A DNA stretch of 46,988 nt, the filler included, from Mitosporidium daphniae (Eukaryota): assembly GCF_000760515.2 (NCBI RefSeq). It is 2 parts of 2 records of this genome, joined end to end, with 100 filler letters (N's around TTAATTAATTAA, not from the genome) between each part and the next. Parts side by side here need not be neighbours in the genome. Positions count along the whole stretch, not along the records: positions 1 to 23,816 come from NW_013546146.1; 1 more part is not named here. One strand, 5' to 3'. This document shows positions 1 to 9,933 of the stretch, one piece after another. The notes under the pieces were generated by a model. The model saw only the letters and a program-made list of their open reading frames with translations. It was not told the origin of the DNA and searched no databases. Position numbers and translations under genes: made by a program. How positions within the stretch are numbered: the stretch's first letter is position 1; the number at the start of each line of letters is the position of its first letter.

Positions 1-103
1 TCAAGAAGGTCAAGAAGGTCAAGAAGGTCAAGAAGGTCAAGAAGGTCAAGAAGGTCAAGAAGGTCAAGAAGGTCAAGAAGGTCAAGAAGGTCAAGAAGGT
101 CAA
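1..103 (+). repeat. 9-bp tandem repeat (CAAGAAGGT)n, about 11 copies, running off the window start; reads (QEG)n in the BMT5 frame
   Basis: Perfect repeat read directly; frame 2 runs from it without a stop into QIKRKPP...LVATTFEE. Confidence 0.95.
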
Positions 104-880
104 ATTAAAAGGAAGCCTCCATATAAATATAGTGACAAGCCCAGCTCATATTTAGCGATGGAGAAAGATCTTTTCGCTATACGAAAGAATAGCCCATTTA
201 GGCTTGTGGCTACGACTTTTGAAGAGAATCGAGCGTCATTGATGGAAAAATATCCCGAGGCAGAGGAGAACCTTTCGGTGTTGTAAAATATTGAAAAAGT
301 CATTGTACTTTACGGGATAGATGGAACAAATACAAAAACACTTGCTAGTTTATTCAGAAAATACAAACCCACCCGATTGGTATTTAACTTTCCCCATCTG
401 GGAAGCTCCATCAAAGACCAGAATAGGAATATTCTGATGCATCAAAAGTTCATCTCCTCTTTTTTTACGGCTACCGTTCAAGCATCAAAAGCGCTTTCTC
501 ATCCAAATCCAGCCCAGCTAATCAAAATGGGGATTGCCGTTGGAAGAATGCTGCACACATATCCGCCTTTGGAAGAGGATCTAGAAATGGAGGAAGAATT
601 TCTTATCCTGCTAACATTGAAGGAGAGCCATCCATATGACAGCTGGAATGTCAAGGAAATCGCAAAAGAAAAGGGCCTTTGTTGTGCCTTTTCTTTTGCA
701 TTTGATAGACACCTCTACCCCGGATATTCACATGTAAATACGATCGGAAATTACAGTGCTTATCATTCAAAGAAACTTGGTGAAGGAACTATGTTTCCGA
801 CCGACACCAGCAGGGACGACAATTTGAAAGAGAAAAAAGCAAAAACATTTGTATTTTGCATGCCGAGCAGTGGCAAATAA
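2..880 (+). CDS. BMT5: 25S rRNA m3U methyltransferase BMT5/DUF2431-like, 5' partial, with in-frame TAA at 284-286
   Basis: Frame 2 motifs LVATTFEE..EKYPEAEENL, LYGIDG, VFNFPHLG, PYDSWNV, LYPGYSH match DUF2431. Confidence 0.8.
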
Positions 881-1013
881 TACATACTTCCAAGCCTCAA
901 TAAGCTGTAATAAAATCGCGGAACACAGACTGTTGCATGTTTGGGCGCGTTTTGACATGCCAGCATTGATTGCTTTTGGAAATAGGCAGGACATGCTTTC
1001 TCGCTCACCGCTC

Positions 1014-1990
1014 CTAGTCGAGGGAAAACGATCCAAAAAAGCCCTCATTGTACATTCGGATCAATCTAACGGCGGCAAGATGGATATCGAGGGTGCCTCC
1101 TTTTTTAACCAATCCCAATCTCGTAGCCACGGCTTCCAAAAAAATGCCAACATCTTCTGTGGGGGCATCCATCCTGAAATATTTGACATAAAAGGGCCGA
1201 TCCTCGCCGTCGGGGGGCAACAAATTCAATCTGAAAAGCAAATAGTCCGCAATCAAAATCTCCCCCAAAATGGACTCCTTAACCATGGCTATTGCAATTA
1301 CGAAAAGCAAGTACCGGTCAGGGACATTTTGAGCGCCATTTCTGGGTGGATAATTCGAGGCAGCATAAGCCCGGGGCTATCCATAATATAGAAGCTTGGG
1401 TGTTCAAGCACCTTGATCTCGCCTGAAATGCTGCGCGTAAACCCCGGCAATTTCCCCACCTTGGTTGCCTTGACATCTAAAGCGTAAAGTCAAAGCAGCA
1501 TACGCTTCCCGATACCCACGTTTCGAAGTGAGTTAATCAGCGTTGATTTTCCTACATTTGGCATTCCCACCACAAGCCCTCGAAGCCTAAAAGTGCTAGG
1601 TAGAACCTGGGTCGGTGGGTATCTCGCTCTTATAATATCAAGGACGGCATCGGCAGACCTTGCCTGCTTATGTGGATTATCCTCCTTGGCACTGATGCTG
1701 GCGATGCCAATGACACTCTTTTGCGAGGTTTTTACCGCATCCAAAAACGGGCTTGCCCCAGCCAAATCCCTCTTGTTATAGACAATGATGCGCCTTTTGG
1801 TTTCAAATAGCTCTTCAAAGAGTGGATTGATGCAGCTGATTGGTACTCGAGAGTCTCTAACCTCGATGACAATATCTACCTTGCTTGACATGTTCTCCCG
1901 CATCTTTTTGATGGCTGCGTGCATGTGTCCAGGGAACCAGGTAATCTTTGGCACCTTATTAAAGTCAAACCGCGGACGAGGGCAATGCAT
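1014..1990 (-). CDS. MTG1: Mitochondrial ribosome assembly GTPase (RbgA/YlqF family); introns 1477-1503, 1289-1314
   Basis: WFPGHM, IEVRDSRVP, NKRDL, GMPNVGKS, GKLPGFTR, DSPG motifs; GT-AG introns restore the frame. Confidence 0.9.
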
Positions 1991-2832
1991 CAAAAAATTG
2001 AAGATTAAATTTAGGGCTAACTTGCTCCTCGGGTCGCCATGAACCAACATCGCAGTTGTGTTTAATTGACACCTTGTATTTTGTGTCTGTACGGCAAGCG
2101 GTCTACTCGGTTCGAGCACGCTACATGCTCGTAACCGCCAAATCGGGGCTATCCGCCATTCACCATTATGCTCATCAAAAAACCAACCCTAACGGCTATT
2201 GCGGCCGTCAGGAAATTTTAAACAATGGCGAGGGTTAGGGTTTGCCATCAACCGATTGTCCCTTGGTTGATTGGTTTGCTTGTGTTTTTAAATCTTTTAA
2301 AGATTGATTTAATGATTTGCGGTGGAATCAAGCACATTTACGTAGCAGTTTGTAGCGTCATGGGAAAGCCCTGATCACACATGCCAATGGTACGGAGCTC
2401 GTGGAGTTGAAAACGGGGTTTCCCGTGCTTCTTGAAGCTACTTTCACACAGTTGAGGAAATCGCCTTTTCAAGCCTAATATGGCGGTCTCTGTTGAAAGG
2501 CCAGTTTACCCAGTGGAAATCAAAATAAAAGAGAAAGCTTCTCCAAAAGCGAGCTAGATCACAAACAGCGTCTCAGATACATCACCCAGTACATTGAGGT
2601 TCATCACAAGCCGAGAGGCCCGTGCAACCAATGTCTCCAATATTTGCAACACGGTACTGATGACAAAAACGATCTGGAAATAAGGGGACGTCGTACTCAT
2701 CTGCATGTGATTGACACCTTATACGTATCAAGGAACGTCCCCAGTTGGAGATTGAAAGACCCTCCCCCTGGCCAATGGATTCAACCCTGCCTACATTCGT
2801 ATTCTTGATACAAAATTTCATGAATAACTTAT

Positions 2833-4245
2833 TTAATTTGTATCTACAAAGCAGCGGTGGTAATTTGCAATGGAACGAAGCTCCTGCCCCACTCCTATAC
2901 CACGATCGCAATTCAAAATGGGAATGTTAAGATGGTATTTTGGTTCCGCTACGTGAAAGGAGTTTCCATCGTGAGAAACAAACTCTCGTTTGTGCACAGG
3001 GAGCAGCTTGAAGCCAAATATTTTGGGCTCATATAGAAAGAGAGGAGGAAGGGTGCATGCCATCTTTGGCTTTTGTAAATCTTTGCACCCGTCTATCAGC
3101 TCTGCATCTCCCTCCATAAGCTCTCCACGCACAAATGACGGAAACGATAGAAAGAAGAAATGGGGGAATGTGGTCCCAAAAGCTGCCCCGTCGATATTCC
3201 AATAGATCTCAGAGGACCAATGATAAATGTCGTTACAAGAGGGACAATATCGCTGCGCACGGGCCTCTCCAGTTAGATCAGAAAGCCCGACAGGAAGCAG
3301 CCGCTCCATGGAGCAGTTGAAGCGCGGGCATACGCCAAAATCGCCTCGAGAGTATCTCTTGGCCATTCGGAGAAGACCTTCTCGCGTTTGAATATAACGG
3401 GCATGTAGCAGGATGTAAAGCTGAATTGCATCTCTTATCACTGGGGTCGCTAGAAATTCGGATTTTGTCTTTGCATCTTCAGCCTGCATTTTGGCATCCT
3501 CCTCTGCCTCGGATGCGCTATCAGAACCGCATTCTTCTGAGGAAATTTCGTCCGCCTCGGCATAAGTCGATCCAATAATCCGCGAAAGGAGCCTGCGGAC
3601 GTGTGGCTTTCCGGTGATCAAATCTAAAAAGTTGAATTCATCGGCAAGAAAGTGATCCGGAATTTTCAATAGAAGCCTTGAATGCCCAGGACGAGAAAGA
3701 AACCATTTTTTCCACGAAACAATATCTCTTTTGTTAAGAATCGTGCGATCATCTGCTTCATCATCCGTGGATGGCGACGGGGGCGATGAGTTGAAATGCG
3801 AGTGCTTCAGCCTACGCGAATCATGATGTCTGCCTCTCCCTTTCCTCTCAGAGCCAGATTCCGAAGAGCTATCTGAAGAACTCAGAGAATGGTTATGGCG
3901 TTGACTATGGCGTTGGCTACGGCTGTGGCCATGGCGGCGATAACGGCCGTCGTTTCTGTGTTGATTTCGATGGCTAGTATCGGCTTCGCTTTGGCTTGAA
4001 TCATTGAGAACATGCTCAGAAGAGGATTCATTCATGTTGAACTGGCTTATTTCCCTTTGAGAACAAGGTAAGCGCTTGTTGCTAGGTACGTCTTCATGTG
4101 AAACAGCAAATTTGTTTTTCGAGGTTGCCGTTAATCGCTTATTTCTGCGACGTAGCCCAAACAGACGTGAAAGACGCTGTCGGGCAGAGGACCATCCAGA
4201 CGATTTTTCATGATCCTCAGAGGACTCTTGGGGATGTGAAAACAT
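2833..4245 (-). CDS. CKB1: Casein kinase II regulatory beta subunit with long S/R/H-rich N-terminal extension
   Basis: SWxxWF, DEFNF, LLHARYI, FGVCPR..C, YCPSC.DIY, IDGAAFGTTFPH, YEPKIFGFK. Confidence 0.92.
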   Translation of the reverse strand: MFSHPQESSEDHEKSSGWSSARQRLSRLFGLRRRNKRLTATSKNKFAVSHEDVPSNKRLPCSQREISQFNMNESSSEHVLNDSSQSEADTSHRNQHRNDGRYRRHGHSRSQRHSQRHNHSLSSSDSSSESGSERKGRGRHHDSRRLKHSHFNSSPPSPSTDDEADDRTILNKRDIVSWKKWFLSRPGHSRLLLKIPDHFLADEFNFLDLITGKPHVRRLLSRIIGSTYAEADEISSEECGSDSASEAEEDAKMQAEDAKTKSEFLATPVIRDAIQLYILLHARYIQTREGLLRMAKRYSRGDFGVCPRFNCSMERLLPVGLSDLTGEARAQRYCPSCNDIYHWSSEIYWNIDGAAFGTTFPHFFFLSFPSFVRGELMEGDAELIDGCKDLQKPKMACTLPPLFLYEPKIFGFKLLPVHKREFVSHDGNSFHVAEPKYHLNIPILNCDRGIGVGQELRSIANYHRCFVDTN

Positions 4246-4857
4246 TTTGTTAAAATGTGCAAGCCAAACAAATAATTCGAGTGATGTTTCAAAAAACGAA
4301 AAATTTTAATGTCGCTTTTTGTAATTCTGTAAGGCACAAACTTTGAGCGACTCACGATTCGCACGATCAATGTATTTGTCATTAAAAGCACAAATTAGAT
4401 TCAAGCAATCCCAACCCTAACCCCGACCTCAAACCCTTGCAATAAAACCCCCTGCCGTTATTTGCAATAAATTGTTACCAACACTGCAACAAAGAAACTA
4501 TAGGCCCGGCGTCGCCATTCATCGCTGTTTAAACGGATTGCTGTAGATAGCGGTGTATTTTATGTTTTATTTGAGCCCACAGTAGTTGCACACGTTGCAA
4601 GAAACGATTTAATTTTAAAGTTAGCTTTTCCGTAAAAGGATGGCATTACATGTCTGATTGTGTTTGAAAATTCTCCCCGATTTAAGCGATTAAAACTGAT
4701 AATATGGAAATCCCTGCTTGACCATTGCTCGTTTTTAATTTCAATATAATTGCCAATTCTGCATTACTAATTTTTTTTAATAGTTGAGAATCTAAAGCCA
4801 ATTAGTCAAACGGATTTCAATTGGCTTTTATTTGATTTTTTAATTCCAGCCTTTTTA

Positions 4858-6696
4858 ATGGGACTCTTGCTAAATGGAAATCCCCTTTCCTGGCCAGAGA
4901 CTCGAAAATTGCGCGATCAAGCACATGCACGCGCAACAGCACACATTCTCGAAATGTACCAGAAAGAAAAAAATAGAGAGGGTGATGGGCCGCTTTGGGG
5001 TGATGAGGTATCAATTTTGCTTTTCTGAATTTAGATCGAATACCAAGTCGTCCATATTGATAAAGAAACAAAGGGCGCCAAACTAAGCGCGAGAGCGCAT
5101 GATACGCTTCATGAGCTGATGGAGGCAAAGCCTTCCCAATGGCATCCTGAGTATGCACGCTGGATGTTGGAGGCAACTCCAGAAAAGCCATACCCATACA
5201 CCATGTGGGCCCTAGCACGCATTTGCGAACAGGACATCAGAGCGCGACGTATTGAGGCTACCAGTCGTCTGCATGCAAATGAGTACTTGCTCTCGTTAGC
5301 TGCATTTCCAGCACTTGGATCGCCGGATTTTCTTTGGAATAACGGAAGCGGAAACTGCCCTGTCAATGGCCCGATAGCCAATTCAGCCTTCTTGCCAGAT
5401 GCATCTATTTCTGTGCATCCGCGCTTTTCAACCCTGACACGGAATATCATGGAAAGACGCGGGGGCATTCTGGTTGATATCCCGCTCCCTGTGTTTAGAG
5501 ACACTAAAACTCCGTGGCCTTTTCATCAAAACATTGAAAAAAATGGCACAGAGACAGAGGGAATGATCCACCTCGATGCAATGGGATTCGGCATGGGGCT
5601 CTGCTGTCTTCAGTCGACACTCCAGTGCCCCTCGTTACAGAAGGCAATGTTTCTTTATGATAGACTCGCAATAATAGCACCAATCATGATCGCATTGACA
5701 GCATCCACCCCAGCCATAGCTTCTTATTTGCTGGACATTGACGCACGATGGGATATCATTTCAAACTCTGTCGATGACAGGACGCCCGAAGAACGTCAGA
5801 GTCAGAAGAGCCGATACGCCTCAATCAGCACCTTCCTTTCTACTCCAAGCTCTCATCTCAACGATTTGCCACTTCCCATCAATCTCCGCATGTATGATAC
5901 ATTGCTTCGAGCAGGGAATATGGAGACCGCTCTTGCACGCCATTTTGGCTTTCTTTTTGTGAGAGATCCATTGGTGCTTTATCCTGGCGATAACGATGAG
6001 AGGCTTTTCGAGTCGATTCAGTCGACCAACTGGAACACCGTCCGCCTGAAACTGCCTTCGGCTTCTCTAGACATTCCCACATGGCGTGTAGAGTTCAGGC
6101 CAATGGAGGCCCAGCTTACCGATTTTGAGTCCGCCGCGTTCCTTATTCTGATCCAACTAGTTTCTCGTGCCATTATTATGGGCGAAAATCCACTCATAGA
6201 ACTGATTCCGATTTCACTTCTCGATCAGAATATCGCGTGCGCCCAGAAAAGAGACGCTGTGCGCCTGGAGAGCTTCTACTGGAAGCGACCAGGCGGCACC
6301 ATCGAACAACTTACCATTGATGAGATCATCAATGGCCCAGATGGGCTATTGAGGATCGCTAGGGCAGAGCTTTCCCGTTTAGAGAAAGCTGAGGCTGATC
6401 ACAATTGTAGCCTGCAAAATGGCCCCTCTGGTAGTGGCATTCTCGGCCACAGTTCTATTAAGCGTGAAATTGGTGACCATGAGCCCACCGGATATGACCG
6501 CAATGCCATCGAACGATATCTGACCTTCATTGGTGAAAGGGCTGCAGGGCGTATTCCGACACCTGCACGCGCTATCCGGGAGTTCATTATGGGCCATCGC
6601 TCCTATGCCAAGGATTCTGTCGTGCCCAAAGAGGCTATCTATGATCTTATGCAGAAGTTGGTACTTCATTCTGTACTTAACGTCCCCATAATTTAA
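4858..6696 (+). CDS. GSH1: Glutamate-cysteine ligase catalytic subunit; intron 5008-5034
   Basis: MGLL..G.PLSW, WGDE|IEY, WHPEY..WMLEATP, DAMGFGMGLCCLQ, QSTNW, WRVEFRPME. Confidence 0.95.
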
Positions 6697-6905
6697 AAGA
6701 ACAAATCAATTGAAAAATCTAATTAACGCGGTGTCACATGTCGTAGCGATACATCATTTTTGACGAAAAATAACACAGGCACAAAATCAGAATTAGGGCG
6801 AGGTTGCATAGCACTTTACAAATCCCAAAGCCCACTACTCCACTATGTAAGGCCTGGCTGCGCAAATAAATACATCGATTCTCGGATTGTATTAGTTTAT
6901 TGCAA

Positions 6906-7729
6906 TTAGTGCTGGCGCTTGGGGGCAGTCTTTTGACGCTGAGCTAAGAGTTGAGAGTATTCTTGAGCAGCTTCTCTGGAGGCCACAAGCTTTCGTTGCT
7001 TCTGTGCAAGACGAGAGCGCTTGCGTTGCAGTGTCACTGGCGTAACGAGGCGCTGGATTTTTGGTGCCTTGGAACGCACCTTTTGGCCCTCTTTCTTTGG
7101 CGCGATCTCGCGGCGAATGACATACTTGCGCACATCATCTTCCTTTGAGAGGTTGAAGAGCTTCCTGATTTTGGAGGCACGCTTTGGACCAAGGCGACGA
7201 GGCACTGTGGAGTCGGTCAGGCCGGGAATTTCACCCTCACCTTTCTTTACGACAACAACAGAGATGACGGAAAGGTCGGATCCAACGATGCATCCGCGAA
7301 CAGATTTTCGCTTACGCTCACCGGCGCGGCGAGCACGGTAGCATGAATGGCCTGCAGAGAGGAGTAGACGGACACGGTGGTTTACAAGCACTCCTTGTTT
7401 CATGGGGAAGCCATCGCGGTCGTTTCCTCCTGTGATTTTGAAGATGTATCCCTTGAACTCGTCACCGAGTGCGTCACCCTCGACCTCTTGTGAGATGCGC
7501 TTGTCATAAAAGTGACGGACCTTGCGCTCGTCCTGAATTTCAATCATCTTTTGGCAGCCAGTAGTCGGATAGGCGATATTTAGCTACTGGTAAGAAACTG
7601 ATAATAACGGGAAAACAGACAACCAAGAGTAATGAAATAACAAAGACCGATGGATAGTTGGTCATACACGTGTACAAAAATATGGGCCGAAATACAACAC
7701 ACGGGAAAGGCGATTCGACTTACTTTCAT
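6906..7729 (-). CDS. RPS6: 40S ribosomal protein eS6; 140-nt intron 7584-7723 after MK
   Basis: [50 protein letters not shown]. Confidence 0.97.
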
Positions 7730-7827
7730 GATGGATTAAAAAGGATAATTAAATGTTAAATATGGGAAGAAATGGATTGGATCCGCTTATATGAATGCAA
7801 AATGTATTTTAAATTTTAATTTTAAAC

Positions 7828-8215
7828 CTAGTGCTGGATTGGAGGTAGCGGAGGAGCCTTCAGCTCCGTATATTCGATTTCGGCATCCAATTCTTCGTCC
7901 AATATGCCGATGATGGCTCTATTTGTGAGCAATAAGAACTACTAATAATGGTACATGTTGTCCCCTCGGATCAAAAAAAGCCCCAGCTGGGATACCACAA
8001 CGCCTTTTTTTAGGGAGAAAATCCTTTCATGCGCATGAGTGATGGCCACATTTGTGGATGCATCAAATGCATGCATATAACCCTAGATATTGACAAACAC
8101 GCCTACCACGATCACTTTTCCATCGTTTGTGATAATATTTACACACTCTAAGAGAATAAAAATTACAAGCCAACGCCATCATACTTCCCACAAAGTCATT
8201 CAGTTCAATCGGCAT
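7828..8215 (-). CDS. LSM8: U6 snRNA-associated Sm-like protein LSm8 (not recovered by the ORF track); introns 8148-8184, 8083-8106, 7919-7954
   Basis: Spliced product MPIELNDFVGKCVNIITNDGKVIVGYMHAFDASTNV..HERIFS..LGLFLIRGDNIAIIGILDEELD has Sm1/Sm2 motifs and the Lsm8-type tail. Confidence 0.9.
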
Positions 8216-8260
8216 AAAATTAAATTTTGCAATTACGTTTTCAATTTCCAACCTGCAAAC

Positions 8261-9271
8261 ATGCATCAAGAGGCCGCCACCGATTCAGACCATCAATTGG
8301 GATTTTGTTTTGACAATTACCAAAGGTATGCAGTTTGCTTACAATTTATGTGCAGGAATCTTGCTCTTTGCTCCTCTTCAAAGGCAGTTTCCACCGGCAC
8401 AACAATTGTGGGCGTAGTGTACAAGGTACTTGATGAATGCCATGCAATTTAGAACGGCATCGTTCTCGGAGCAGATACTCGCTCCACATTTGGTCCGATT
8501 GTTGCAAATAAGAATTGCGAAAAAATCCATTACCTTGCACCGCACATCTACTGCTGCGGGGCTGGAACTGCCGCGGACACCGAGGCTGTGACGGCAATGG
8601 TCCGCTCATCGTTAGAACTGGCCTCTCTCAACTCTGGCCGTCCGGCCAGGCTCAGCTCTGCCATGATGATGCTGAAGCAACGCCTTTTCAAGTACATCCA
8701 ACCTCCATTCTGCAAAGCCATTGATTTTTCGACTTTTTATCACTTGCTTACCGTCTTTTATCGCTAGTTATCAGGGGCACATTGGGGCTGCGCTTATTGT
8801 GGGCGGCGTAGACATCGCTGGATGCCATCTTTATACGGTCTATCCGCACGGGTCTACCGATAACCTCCCGTTTGTTACCATGGGCTCAGGCTCACTTGCG
8901 GCAATGTCGGTATTTGAGGGCAAGTATCGTCCAAAGATGGAGGTAGTTTGTAAACTTCTATTCCACTAGCAAGCCGAAGCCATGGAGCTGGTGTCCGAAG
9001 CGATCCAGGCAGGCATTTTCAACGACCTTGGCTCTGGATCCAATGTTGATCTTGTGGTCATTGAGCGAACCGAGGGTGGGCCAGCCTTTTCATCTACAAA
9101 GGTTTTGAGGGGTTACAAAAAGCCCAATCCAAAGCCTACAAGAATCGGGACCTATTTATTCCAAAAAGGGACCACCGGTTTACTATTTATTCCCATTAAC
9201 AACTAGTTGTATTGAAAGAGGAGTTCGTTCCGTACTCCGAAAAAACAAGTGCCGCGCTTAGATCGGCTTGA
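8261..9271 (+). CDS. PUP1: 20S proteasome subunit beta-2; introns 8326-8355, 8426-8452, 8692-8767, 8943-8969, 9178-9206
   Basis: STG/TTIVG propeptide site, [48 protein letters not shown]. Confidence 0.95.
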
Positions 9272-9871
9272 TCTACTTCAATGAGCAAGTTCAAGAAATT
9301 AAAAAATAAAAGATAAAGCCGGTGTCACGATCCGGATTGCCGTGGTTGTATTTACTGTTTCCTACCTTAAAATGGAGCGAAGTCAAGTCAAAAACGAGAT
9401 TCTTTAGATCCTGGACAAGATAATAAAAGATCTTTAGTCCCTCTGGATCTTTGCTCTCCTGCACTTGTGCAAGCGAGTTGAGCTTGCTTGTGGAAAAAGA
9501 AATGTGTTCAGACTGGCCGTTCACCAAGATCTCCAGCTCTTGGAGCCCCGATTTATCGGGAAGGGGCCAGGTGGCGTCATCCAGCTTCAATATGCCGGAC
9601 TCTAGAATAATCTTTTTCATCTCAGACAGCACGGATGGCGATACAAATACTGTGGAAGGGAAAATTAAAAATGGCATCTCGTACGTTCTTTTCGTATCAT
9701 GGTATCTTTCTTGTAATTGGAGTTGTTGGCATATCGTAGCTTTCCGTCAGAGCGGACCTCAAACTCAATAAACTCATGCCCATACATTCCCTTGTGCCCC
9801 GAGCTAAAAATTATCAATGCAGAGCGGTGATACTAGAAACGAAGGTAAAGATCGCCAGTTTCGCTTTCCAT
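9258..9871 (-). CDS. MAGOH: Exon junction complex protein mago nashi; introns 9804-9833, 9650-9684, 9273-9365; last micro-exon IKPI* at 9258-9272
   Basis: [51 protein letters not shown]. Confidence 0.95.
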
Positions 9872-9933
9872 GGTTGGTAAAATTAAAATTAAAATACAAT
9901 TTATATTTTAGGTTGGGGGAACAAAACAAACAT

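Noticed and set aside
1..103. 9-bp array as telomere or CRISPR
   Set aside because: No spacers, not TTAGGG-like, and in frame with a gene; may be over-extended at a contig end.
284..286. Stop-codon reassignment (TAA as sense)
   Set aside because: TAA, TAG and TGA all terminate conserved genes here; other apparent internal stops fall in GT-AG introns; tRNA-Trp has a normal 5-bp anticodon stem.
6700..6905. Possible snoRNA in the GSH1/RPS6 convergent gap (also 35590-35750)
   Set aside because: Only short stems; no properly placed C/D or H/ACA boxes found.
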